From contig NC_002937.3 of assembly GCF_000195755.1 (NCBI RefSeq), positions 1,080,001 through 1,112,000 on the forward strand: a stretch of DNA of 32,000 nucleotides. The letters run 5' to 3'. The notes beneath the pieces were generated by a model that was not told where the DNA came from, ran no database searches, and saw only the letters and a program-made list of their open reading frames with translations. Every line of letters starts with the position of its first letter. Positions within the stretch are counted from its first letter, which is position 1. Shown here piece after piece: positions 17,410 through 26,000 of this stretch. The position numbers and the translations under genes were made by a program. The DNA comes from Nitratidesulfovibrio vulgaris str. Hildenborough. GTDB taxonomy: Bacteria > Desulfobacterota > Desulfovibrionia > Desulfovibrionales > Desulfovibrionaceae.

Positions 17410-17832
17410 ATGCTTTTCGACGATTCGTTGCGTGCGCACCTTGCCGCGACGCGGACCATCGCCGTCATCGGTGCCAAGGACAAGCCCGGCCAGCCTGTCG
17501 ACGCCGTGGGCCGCTATCTCATTGAGGCAGGCTACGAGGTGCTGCCCGTCCATCCCGTCCGAAAGGGCGTGTGGGGCCTAGAGACATACTCCAGTCTTGC
17601 CGATATCACAGTTGCCATCGACCTTGTGGATGTGTTCCGTGCCCCGGAACATTGCCCCGGGCACGCCGCCGAAGTGCTGGCCCTGCCGCACAAGCCGCGT
17701 CTCTTCTGGATGCAGCTTGGCATCCGCAGTCCGGAGGCGGGCCGTCTTCTGGCTGGACAGGGTATTGCCGTCGTCGAGGACCTGTGCCTCATGGTAGAAC
17801 ACCGTCGACTTTTTGGTGGAGGAATCCGATGA
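17410..17832 (+). CDS. CoA-binding domain protein (YccU/YneT family)
   Basis: TRTIAVIGAKDKPGQPV...GYEVLPVHP...VDVFR...LFWMQLG. The ATG at 17410 has GAGG 6 nt upstream, whereas the ATG at 17398 has none. Confidence 0.8.
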   Translation: MLFDDSLRAHLAATRTIAVIGAKDKPGQPVDAVGRYLIEAGYEVLPVHPVRKGVWGLETYSSLADITVAIDLVDVFRAPEHCPGHAAEVLALPHKPRLFWMQLGIRSPEAGRLLAGQGIAVVEDLCLMVEHRRLFGGGIR

Positions 17833-18284
17833 GCGAGTCGCAGCGTGAAGCCTTCGATTGCCGCATGTGCGGCCACTGTTGCCACGGCGAAGGCGGTATC
17901 GTGGTCAGCCCCACCGACCTTGACCGGCTGTGCGGGCACACGGGGTTGAGCCCCGTGGATTTCGCCGCCACCTATTGCGAACAGCGCAACGGCAAGCTCA
18001 AGATACGCACGGGCGAAGACCGCAACTGCATCTTCTTCGAGGCAGGGCAGGGATGTTCCGTGCATGAGGCCAAGCCCGACATCTGCCGTGCGTGGCCGTA
18101 TTTCCGTGGCAACCTTGTCGACCGTGAGAGTCTTGAACTGGCAAAGGACTTCTGCCCCGGCATCCGCCCCGACGTGACGCATGGCGAATTCGCCGCCGCA
18201 GGGCGTGCCTATCTCGAATCGCAGGGGTTGGTGGCGCGCGACCGCAGCACTGAGGCCAACGCCCTTGTGCTGGACGACGAATAG
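17829..18284 (+). CDS. YkgJ-family cysteine-cluster protein (UPF0153, CxxCxxCC)
   Basis: FDCRMCGHCCHGEGG...RNCIFF...GCSVHEAKPDICRAWPY. Its ATG at 17829-17831 overlaps the upstream TGA at 17830-17832 (ATGA). Confidence 0.8.
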   Translation: MSESQREAFDCRMCGHCCHGEGGIVVSPTDLDRLCGHTGLSPVDFAATYCEQRNGKLKIRTGEDRNCIFFEAGQGCSVHEAKPDICRAWPYFRGNLVDRESLELAKDFCPGIRPDVTHGEFAAAGRAYLESQGLVARDRSTEANALVLDDE

Positions 18285-18298
18285 CCACCGGAGCATCC

Positions 18299-19285
18299 GT
18301 GACCGAAAGGGATTGCCGACGCATCCTGCAGGTGGACGACAGGGCCGCGCTTGACGACGTCAAGCGCTCCTATCGGCGTCTTGCGTTCGCGCTGCATCCC
18401 GACCTCAATCCGGACAAGCCCGATGCCGCGCGCCGTTTCCGGCAGCTGAACGAAGCCTATGTCCTGCTGACCCGGTTGTACGAAGAGCGTGGGGCGTCGC
18501 AGTCGCGAAAGGCCGGCCCCGCATCGGGCGGTGCCGCCGGGGCAAGGCCCGGTGCGGCGAGGGATGGCAAGGGGCGTCCGGCACATCGTGACGACACCGC
18601 ACCCCCTCATGCGGGGCAGGCTCGGCAGGCCGGGCAGGGCACAACGACATCGGCTGGCGAATCGCGACGTTCCGGCCCCACACCGGGCGAATCCGGCAGG
18701 GATGCACGGCAAGGCGCGCGTCCTGCCGGGGCGGGAGAGCGCCCCGGAACAGGTGGGGCGCAACACACGCGCGAGGCGACTTCGCCGGATGGCAGCACCT
18801 CCGGTGCAGGGGCTGACAGGACGAAGCGCAAGGCGCAGGAAGCCTATACCGAACGCGAAGACGTCTTGCAGGACATCCTGCGTGACCCATTCGCCCGTCG
18901 GGTGTTCGAGGACATCTATAGTCAGATACGGCGAACCGGGGGCACGACGGCGGAACGCCCCCCGAAAAAACGCAAGCTCAGCCTCGAATGGGGCGACAGG
19001 AGTGTTGCGTTCGACTTCACGCATGGTGTTGCCGGGGCTGTGCGTGGCTGGTTGCGCCGCCAGATTGACGAGGAACAGACCATCCACCTGCCCGCAGCCA
19101 ATCTGCTGCCGGGCGGACGGGTGCGCTTGCAGATTCGTCAGGGGTTGTCCGACGAGGTTCGCACCGTGGAGATGACCCTGCCCCCCGATTTCGTCGTGGG
19201 CCGTCCCTTACGCCTCAAGGGGCTCGGCAAGCGCATCGGCCCGTGGCAGGGCGACCTGTACCTGCGCCTTCTCGCCAAGGTGTAG
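18299..19285 (+). CDS. J-domain protein with a low-complexity linker and a DnaJ-CTD-like tail
   Basis: J domain LDDVKRSYRRLAFALHPDLNPDKPDAARRFRQLNEAYVLL (HPD motif). The C-terminus GRPLRLKGLGKRIGPWQGDLYLRL resembles a DnaJ/CbpA C-terminal domain. GTG start with GGAG 5 nt upstream, 14 nt after the ykgJ-like stop. Confidence 0.8.
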   Translation: MTERDCRRILQVDDRAALDDVKRSYRRLAFALHPDLNPDKPDAARRFRQLNEAYVLLTRLYEERGASQSRKAGPASGGAAGARPGAARDGKGRPAHRDDTAPPHAGQARQAGQGTTTSAGESRRSGPTPGESGRDARQGARPAGAGERPGTGGAQHTREATSPDGSTSGAGADRTKRKAQEAYTEREDVLQDILRDPFARRVFEDIYSQIRRTGGTTAERPPKKRKLSLEWGDRSVAFDFTHGVAGAVRGWLRRQIDEEQTIHLPAANLLPGGRVRLQIRQGLSDEVRTVEMTLPPDFVVGRPLRLKGLGKRIGPWQGDLYLRLLAKV

Positions 19286-19426
19286 GAACCACTCCTCCCC
19301 TCTCTATCCGTTCATCCCCCGTCTGCCGACGTTGTCGGATTGCCAGCCCGGTCACAGGTGCTGCGTTGTGGCCTGATGTCTCGTTGTGTGCTCTTGTGGC
19401 GTGCTGTGGTGCCCCCGTTGGCGCGA

Positions 19427-20311
19427 TCACTCGGGCTTGGTGGAGTGGGGAGGCACCTGTGGGGTCTCACTGCGGTCGAGGACGATGAGAAAGACCGCCG
19501 TGAGCACCAGACCTGCCCCCAGCCATCCCAGAGGCGGGAAGAGTTCACCCCACCACAGGTAGGCAAGCAGTGCTGCCAGTACAGGTTCGAGGTTGGCGAC
19601 GATGGCGACCCGTGTCGGCGCAAGGCGGCGTATCCCCTCGCAATAGACGAAATAGGCGCAGTAGGTCGTCAGCAGTCCTATGGCTACCAGCAGAAGCCAC
19701 GCCGTGGGCGTCTTGTGCGTGAAGGTCGTGAAAGGAACCAGTGTCGCGACGCCAGCGGGCAGACAGTAGAGGTAGAGCGTCACCGGCGAGTAGCGACGCA
19801 TCCAGTGGGCACTGAAGATGTAGTGCAACGAGTAGGCGAAGCCGGAAATGAGACCCGCCACGATGCCTGCTGTGCTGGCACCGCCCGAAAGCCCGCCGCC
19901 GGAAAGGCAGGTGAGCACCGCGCCCGTCATGGCGACCACAAGGGCCGCAAGCTTGCGTCGGGTGAGCGGTTCATGCAGGAGTAGCCGCGACAGGACGGCG
20001 ACCCATGCCGGTGCGGTATAGAGCAACACGGCGGCAAGGGCTGCCCCTCCCTCCTGCACGGCGTACTGGTACGAACCGAACAGGACGCCGACCCCTACGA
20101 TGCCGAAAGCCGACATGGCTGCCCCGTGCCGGGGGTCGACCCTCCACAGGCCGCATCGCCACGCATGCAGGGCGAAGAACAGTGCGCCGAATGCGGCGCG
20201 CCACAGCGCTATCTCCGGAGGGGATAGTCCTTCGTCCATGCAGAAGCGGGCCAGCGGACCGATGAGCGCCCATAGCGACGCCGCAAGAAGCACCAGCAGA
20301 TATCCGGTCAA
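19427..20311 (-). CDS. EamA/DMT-superfamily transporter
   Basis: About ten hydrophobic segments forming two EamA-like halves (LLAASLWALIGPLARF..., LAALLAYLWWGELF). I favour the TTG start at 20309-20311, since AAGGAGG lies 5 nt upstream. The track ATG at 20362 lacks an SD. Confidence 0.78.
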   Translation of the reverse strand: MTGYLLVLLAASLWALIGPLARFCMDEGLSPPEIALWRAAFGALFFALHAWRCGLWRVDPRHGAAMSAFGIVGVGVLFGSYQYAVQEGGAALAAVLLYTAPAWVAVLSRLLLHEPLTRRKLAALVVAMTGAVLTCLSGGGLSGGASTAGIVAGLISGFAYSLHYIFSAHWMRRYSPVTLYLYCLPAGVATLVPFTTFTHKTPTAWLLLVAIGLLTTYCAYFVYCEGIRRLAPTRVAIVANLEPVLAALLAYLWWGELFPPLGWLGAGLVLTAVFLIVLDRSETPQVPPHSTKPE

Positions 20312-20541
20312 GGGGCCCTCCTTAAGTACACATGTTCTGCCCCGTTTGCCTTGTGATGGCAAGCCATTGCATCAAAACGCCGCAAACCGTCCGCACTGCG
20401 GAAGAATGCGCAGTGTGCCTCGTGCGACAGACCGGAGGCGATATCGGCATGGCTTCACACTGGGGCGTCACGATGCTACAAGGCACAGGTACCGCGTCGC
20501 CCAGACGCAAGACCCGCAGTGACAGGCTGCAGGAGGATGGA

Positions 20542-21762
20542 ATGCCCGAAGAGAAAGACATCATCGAAATGCCTTCCAACCGTCCCGGTAAGAAGCCGCA
20601 GAAGAAAGGCTCCGGGTTGGTATGGATTCTTATCATTTGCATCGGTATCGCAGCGGGGGCCTTATGGCTGTTGCGTGATGTGCTTGTGACGAACGTCGTG
20701 CCCGAACGTGCCACCACCGACCAGACGGGAACGCAGGCTGCCCTCGCACCTGCGCCGGAACAGGGGCCGCCGCCCGGCCTTGCCGACATGCTGGCTGCCG
20801 GGGGCAACGGGGCACGTCCCGATGCGGCAGTCGCCGCCAACGGCACACAGGTGACGGGTGTTGTCGGCAACGCCACGCAGCCCACGCCTGCCGTGCCGAT
20901 GGAAGACGCCGTGGTGCGCTATGCCTTCGTAGAAGACCTCGCCAGCTGGCTTGTGACCAACTACCACCCGCGCGGCACGCATCCGGAAGCGCGCAAGTCG
21001 GGCTTCGTCAGTGCCGGACTCAAGGCCGCGAACCTGCGCTACGGAACGGGGATGACCGGTCTCTCGTGGTCGGGTGAGAGCCTTGCCGCAGGGCGTTCCG
21101 CCGTGCTTGCCTATGCCTTCACGTCGCCGATGCTCGATGCGCTGTACCGCATGTATGCGGACCGTTTCATGGCAGCCGTCGCCGAAGCCGCAGCCGCCCC
21201 CCGTGACGGCAAGACGCTGACCGTCGATGAGACGAAGGAGATGTACCGTCTGTACGCCAAGCGGTTCCGTGCCCTTTCCGGCGCGTTCGAAGCCGCTTCG
21301 GGCATGAAGGACTTCTCGCGCCGCGTCGGTGCGTGGACAGAAGCCAGCGATGCCGCTGCCGATGCCAACGCCAGTTTCATGGAGACCCTCAACGCCTACG
21401 AGACGGCGCGTGACAATGGTACGGCGCAGGAGGCGGAAGCCGCACGCAAGCTCATGGACATCTCCGGCAAGCGGTACCAGCAGTCCATCATGATGCGCGA
21501 ACGCGCGCGTGAGACGCTTGCCGAGGCCATGCGTAGCCGACCGGAGGCGCGCGGTCTGGACGATGACACGCTCGTCTACGTGGCCATGTGGGTGCAGCGT
21601 CGTGTGCAGGGGGCGCCGGAACGTATGGACGCCGTGCGTATGGCTGCGAAGCTGGCTGGCGACCTCGGTAGCCGGTTCGAGGCTGCCGCTTCGGCACCGG
21701 CTGCGGGGGCACCCTTACCTGCGGCGGGTGGCGCTGGCGTTTCCGCGACACCGCGCCAGTGA
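20542..21762 (+). CDS. membrane-anchored hypothetical protein (single N-terminal TM helix, Ala/Glu/Arg-rich helical C-terminal part)
   Basis: AGGAGG lies 5 nt upstream of the ATG at 20542. The protein has a basic N-terminus, then LVWILIICIGIAAGALWLL. No family recognised. The track start at 20332 overlaps the divergent EamA gene. Confidence 0.6.
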   Translation: MPEEKDIIEMPSNRPGKKPQKKGSGLVWILIICIGIAAGALWLLRDVLVTNVVPERATTDQTGTQAALAPAPEQGPPPGLADMLAAGGNGARPDAAVAANGTQVTGVVGNATQPTPAVPMEDAVVRYAFVEDLASWLVTNYHPRGTHPEARKSGFVSAGLKAANLRYGTGMTGLSWSGESLAAGRSAVLAYAFTSPMLDALYRMYADRFMAAVAEAAAAPRDGKTLTVDETKEMYRLYAKRFRALSGAFEAASGMKDFSRRVGAWTEASDAAADANASFMETLNAYETARDNGTAQEAEAARKLMDISGKRYQQSIMMRERARETLAEAMRSRPEARGLDDDTLVYVAMWVQRRVQGAPERMDAVRMAAKLAGDLGSRFEAAASAPAAGAPLPAAGGAGVSATPRQ

Positions 21763-21895
21763 TGCCAGCGTGACCGCCATGCCTGCTGACGTGGGCTGCC
21801 GTATGCCCCTGCATGTTGCATCGGTGGGGCAGCATCCGGTAGTGGGCATCGTCTGTGAAGCCCGTGCAGAAGACCATGGGCAGTATGAATGACTT

Positions 21896-21931
21896 CAGGA
21901 ATGCCGAAGGCCAAGACCTTCGGCATTCCTG
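21896..21931 (+). terminator. strong hairpin downstream of the hypothetical gene (caggaatgccgaagg / ccttcggcattcctg)
   Basis: A 14-15-bp perfect stem with a 7-nt loop, 134 nt after the stop. The trailing U-tract is poor (tctgatg), so its role as a terminator is inferred. Confidence 0.45.
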
Positions 21932-22245
21932 TCTGATGAGCCCGTTCTTGGGCGAGGTGTCGCCTTTGATACACGCCTGTCGGATGGAATCACGCGAAGC
22001 GACGCATCTGTCCGGCTAGGCCCGCGTCTCGCGGCACTACCCCCGGCGAAGCGTGTCATGCGCCAGCATCCGGCCTGTGCCGCCGTCCGGTCTGCGCATC
22101 ATCCTGTCTGTGCCGTTGGCGTTATGCTGTCCGCATGCGTCGCTGTGTGGCGGCGTATACGGTGCGAGACGGGAATGCCCGACACTGCAAGGCGTCGTGT
22201 TTATCCTTGCCATCGGATTGCAGTTGCCCTGCCGTTGGTGCGGGG

Positions 22246-22695
22246 CTACCATTTCTCGTCGAGCACCAGATGCGAGGCATAGCCCAGTACTGCGGCAAGA
22301 TACCACACGGCTGCCCCCCGCCAACTCATGCCGAAGAGGTGCACAGGGGCAAGCAGCAGCGGCAGGGGAACCAGCAGCATGGCCCACCAAGTGTGTGTCC
22401 ATCCTCTGTGTCCGCCGATACAGGGCAACATGGCCATGAATCCGAGCAGTGACGCCCAGAAATAGCGTCGCGTGTAGATGAGGAAGGCGTCAGCCGCAGC
22501 TAGCGCACCATAGAACCACGGGCGTCCCTTGGAGGGGGTGTCGATGTCGGGAAATATCGACGATGCAAGCGTGACGCAGAAGAGTGCCGCTTGTGTCTCC
22601 CTGTCTGCCATGAGCAGTCCGGTCTGTGTGGCGGCGGTGAGCGCCGCAGCCCCGGTGACGGCTCCGGCGATGAGGTGCACTCGGTATCCGGGCAT
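22246..22695 (-). CDS. membrane-bound metal-dependent hydrolase, YdjM/DUF457 family
   Basis: 149 aa and hydrophobic, with IFPDIDTP and the signature GGHRGWTHTWW, plus a C-terminal SHLVLD. Confidence 0.75.
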   Translation of the reverse strand: MPGYRVHLIAGAVTGAAALTAATQTGLLMADRETQAALFCVTLASSIFPDIDTPSKGRPWFYGALAAADAFLIYTRRYFWASLLGFMAMLPCIGGHRGWTHTWWAMLLVPLPLLLAPVHLFGMSWRGAAVWYLAAVLGYASHLVLDEKW

Positions 22696-22910
22696 GGTTC
22701 CTCGCAGGTTTCAAACTTTTTACGTGACACTAGCCGGGGAGAGGAGACGGGGCAACCCCCGGCATGGTGTGGCGAAATGCGAAGCGTATACGTCGACGTT
22801 GCTGGTCTCAGCCTGTTTGCGGTCCATCACCTGCATTATTGCCTGTTGCGGGATAGAGATGCGGGGATGGAGTCGCTGACATGTGCAATACTCGCATAGG
22901 GAGGCTGCCG

Positions 22911-23447
22911 ATGCGTATGATGTTGTTCACGGGTGGTTCGCGAAGCGGCAAGAGTGCCTTGGCACAACGCTGGGCCGAGGCGCAGGGGGCGCGGCGTGTG
23001 TACATTGCCACGGCGGGCATTCGCGATATGGAGATGGCGGAACGTGTGCGTCGACATCAGGCTGCGCGCGGTGAGGGCTGGACGACATTCGAGGAGCCTC
23101 TCGACGTGGTCGGGGCCATAGGGCGTGCCGAACCCCGTGCCGATGTGGTGCTTGTGGACTGCATCACGCTGTGGCTTTCGAACCTGATGGCAGAGGATGA
23201 TGACGCGTCGGTCATGTCGCATGTGCGGGCGCTTGCGGCTGCACTTGATGGGACATCGCTTCCGGTGGCGTTGGTGACCAATGAGGTCGGGTGGGGTATC
23301 GTGCCACCCACACCGCTTGGCAGAAGGTTCCGCGACCTTGCGGGCGAGTGCAATCAACTGCTTGCCGCAGCCTGCCAAGGGGTTGTCCTTGCCGTAAGCG
23401 GGTTGCCCCTTGCCGTGAAGGGCGAAATGCCAGCTGCCCTGCGCTGA
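22911..23447 (+). CDS. cobU: adenosylcobinamide kinase / adenosylcobinamide-phosphate guanylyltransferase
   Basis: P-loop LFTGGSRSGKSALAQ, then VYIATA...MAERVRRHQAARG..W.T.EEP and VLVDCITLWLSNLM. GGGAGG lies 7 nt before the ATG at 22911. Confidence 0.88.
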   Translation: MRMMLFTGGSRSGKSALAQRWAEAQGARRVYIATAGIRDMEMAERVRRHQAARGEGWTTFEEPLDVVGAIGRAEPRADVVLVDCITLWLSNLMAEDDDASVMSHVRALAAALDGTSLPVALVTNEVGWGIVPPTPLGRRFRDLAGECNQLLAAACQGVVLAVSGLPLAVKGEMPAALR

Positions 23448-23625
23448 TTGTCGTGCGCAGGCCCCTGCGGCATATCTCTCACTCCTCGGCCATCGCATCA
23501 TGTCGTGCCACGGGATGCCTGACCCTTTGCCAGCGTCTTTGTGCGCGAGTGGCAGCGGATGCTTGTGGGGCGGGGTTCCATGCGATACAAGCGGCCTGTC
23601 TCACTCTTTTCATGGAAGGAACACC

Positions 23626-24303
23626 ATGTCGTATCTCATCCGCATTGTTGGGGCAGCCCTCATAGGGGTTGTCGTCCTTGTCGCCTCGACCATACCCGCC
23701 CGTGCCGCAGAGACGCCCGAACAAGCCTTGCGTCAGGTGCAGCGCGCCATCGACACGTCCGATACGGCCCTGTTGCAACGCTACGTCGACCTTGATGCGG
23801 TCATCGGCGGGGCGGTGGATGTCTTCGTCCAGACACTGGTCCGTCAGGCATCGTCGAAGGCTGGACAGGGCGGTATGGCCCCGATGCTGGCCATGATGGT
23901 GGCGGGTATGCAGGACGGGTCGGACGCACAGGCTGCACAGGCCATGAAGATGCTGGTCACGGGTGAGACACGCAAGTTCGTGCTGCACGGCGTCGCCTCC
24001 GGCAAGTTTGCCGGAAAGCCGCGCAAGGAACCCGTGCAACAGGACGGCGGGTTGTTCTCGCCGCTGTTCGAGGGCGCGTCCACGGGCCGCAAGGAGATAC
24101 GCTCCATCACCGATGTGAAACGCACGGGAGATGATGCCACAGCCGCACTCAAGGTCTACGACTTCGGCAACGAAGAGACCTACCCCGTGAATGTGCGGCT
24201 GGTGCCTGTCGGGGATTCGTGGCGGGTGCGCGAGGTGACCAACGTGAAGCAACTGGCCGACCGCGTCCGGCGCGAGGCGGCTGACCAGCAGACACAGGAA
24301 TAG
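23626..24303 (+). CDS. exported hypothetical protein
   Basis: Sec-type signal MSYLIRIVGAALIGVVVLVASTIPARA|AE. GGAAGGA lies upstream of the ATG at 23626. No family recognised. Confidence 0.6.
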   Translation: MSYLIRIVGAALIGVVVLVASTIPARAAETPEQALRQVQRAIDTSDTALLQRYVDLDAVIGGAVDVFVQTLVRQASSKAGQGGMAPMLAMMVAGMQDGSDAQAAQAMKMLVTGETRKFVLHGVASGKFAGKPRKEPVQQDGGLFSPLFEGASTGRKEIRSITDVKRTGDDATAALKVYDFGNEETYPVNVRLVPVGDSWRVREVTNVKQLADRVRREAADQQTQE

Positions 24304-24508
24304 GCCTGCCGCGAGGCGGAGTACGTCGCCATGTGGGGGATGCGCCACCTCTCGTCTCGTCCATTTCCGATACCGCAGTATGCTCGCACAAACGGTTCCG
24401 GTGGTCGTGCCTGTTCAAGACCAGCTTGAGGTGCCCCCAGTACCGAAGGCGTCTCCAAGAGTCTTGAGAAAACGGCTTGTGAATCTTCGGATTCAGGAGT
24501 GATGCATC

Positions 24509-24533
24509 AAAGGCCATCCACAGGATGGCCTTT
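24509..24533. terminator. bidirectional terminator (aaaggccatcc-aca-ggatggccttt)
   Basis: 11-bp stem including A/T arms, lying between convergent genes (24303 + and 24647 -). Confidence 0.55.
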
Positions 24534-24646
24534 CTGCATTCATCTCTGCATTCGCGGGCGATGGTCCCATACGAGAACGGTATAGCGACAGTCCGGCTCA
24601 CGTGTTCGTGCGATGTCGCAACGACACGGGCGCACGGAGTGGGTGG

Positions 24647-25261
24647 TCAGCAGATATCCGCCTGTGAAGCCGGGACATAGAGGATGCCGTTCATGGAACT
24701 TTCGGGGATGCGCTCGAAACCGAAACTCAGATACCAGCCAAGAAGCGACCTGTGGTCGAGGCAGCCGCGCCCGTGTCTGATGGGTTGAGCATTGGCGGTG
24801 ATGGGCAACCCGAACGATTCGGCAAGATGGATGAGAAAGGTCAGTGCGCGGGCACCATGACCGCATTGAGGGGTGTCGGCGATGATATGCAGGAGTACCA
24901 GCCCCTTCTCTGTGAATCCGACCATGAGGCGCACCGGGCCGAAACGACGATAGCCCGTGCCGGGACGGTCCGGTGCGGTGTTGCGATGGTAGCAGGCTTT
25001 CGCCGCAGCAAGGATGCGTGCGTGGTGAGACCCGTGAGGGCTGGTGGCAGACTGCGGCTGTGGCGAGGCACTCGGTGACCTACCCGTGTTCGCTAGGGGG
25101 GTGCCTGAAGGACGCCTGTCGGGTGATATGTCGGGTGGCACACCGGGGGGTACGCCGCGGGAGACCGCGCGGGCTGAACGTGAAGGGACAGTGGCGGATG
25201 TGCTGGCGGGGGCGGTGGTATGGGCTGTGGTTGTCATGGAATGCTCCGGGGTTGTATACAT
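24647..25261 (-). CDS. GNAT-like acetyltransferase fold protein with a Pro/Ser/Thr-rich N-terminal region (start uncertain: 25261 or 25237)
   Basis: The C-terminal 120 aa show a GNAT-core-like pattern (VGFTEKGLVLLHIIADTPQCGHGARALTFLIHLAESFGLPITANAQP...LLGWYLSFGFE). Both candidate ATGs have purine-rich SD-like sequences. The N-terminal 80 aa are low complexity. Confidence 0.45.
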   Translation of the reverse strand: MYTTPEHSMTTTAHTTAPASTSATVPSRSARAVSRGVPPGVPPDISPDRRPSGTPLANTGRSPSASPQPQSATSPHGSHHARILAAAKACYHRNTAPDRPGTGYRRFGPVRLMVGFTEKGLVLLHIIADTPQCGHGARALTFLIHLAESFGLPITANAQPIRHGRGCLDHRSLLGWYLSFGFERIPESSMNGILYVPASQADIC

Positions 25262-25263
25262 GC

Positions 25264-25297
25264 AAAGCCCCCTGCTTGTTGCGGCAGGGGGCCTTTT
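25264..25297. terminator. hairpin gccccctgc / gcagggggc with a flanking T-tract
   Basis: 9-bp GC stem with an 8-nt loop. It is followed by cTTTT on the plus strand and TTTGC on the minus strand. It abuts the GNAT-like start codon region. Confidence 0.4.
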
Positions 25298-25938
25298 CGT
25301 AGCCTCGACTGGAAAAGTTCCCTCAATGCTTCACGTCGCGAGTCCGTTCCCATGATGTCTTCATGGCGCGATTCATGGACGACTTCTGGTTCTGCATGGC
25401 GGAGAGGATACGATTCGATGAAAACACACATCTTTATTGCATCGAAAATGATATCGCGGGTGTTCGTATCACCGTTCCATTGGCGGCAATTTGCACGGAA
25501 GAGCGACGTTGTCTTGGTTGCGACGCTCTGACTGTGGTATCTGCAAACAGCATATCTCAATATTTTTGCTGTGCATGATGGCCACGGGTGTCATCTCCTG
25601 TGCGAACATGGACAGGCTAGCTTCTATCCTGTTCGGGGTCAAGCTGGCTACTCCTGGCTGTGGGGGGATACTTGCACCAGATGCAGCCCCGTTGTGGTTT
25701 GGCTGTGTCGCATGGCTTAAGGGGGGCAGCCGCATTACGTAGCTGTTCCGAGAGGAAGAAGAACTATTCAGTGCCAGCGGACGGGCTACCGGCAGTGGCT
25801 ACATGCAGCGGGTACCTCCATGATGAGGCTGTTGCCACCGGGAAGACCCGATGTTGAACCCGAGACCGCTTCCCGGCTCACTGCTTGACGGGCAAGGCAC
25901 CTTGAAAGGCATCGAGCCACTCTGACAGGTAATGGAAA

Positions 25939-25962
25939 GGCCCGCACCTTGCGGTGCGGGCC
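25939..25962 (-). terminator. hairpin 39 nt downstream of the adhesin stop codon (ggcccgcacc / ggtgcgggcc, 4-nt loop)
   Basis: Perfect 10-bp stem. The minus-strand trailing sequence is tttcc. The plus-strand trailing sequence is T-rich, so it could act in both directions. Confidence 0.55.
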
Positions 25963-26000
25963 TCTTGTCTGTTCATTGCGTACCGTTGGGCGTTCCGGTG

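Noticed and set aside
22696-22910. Cobalamin riboswitch expected upstream of cobU
   Set aside because: I read both strands for the GGGAA / GGTG.AA.TCC / CCCGCAAC / GCCACTG core elements. Only an isolated CCCGCAAC occurs, and it is on the minus strand (rc of about 22845-22852), without the other boxes. This is not supportable by eye.
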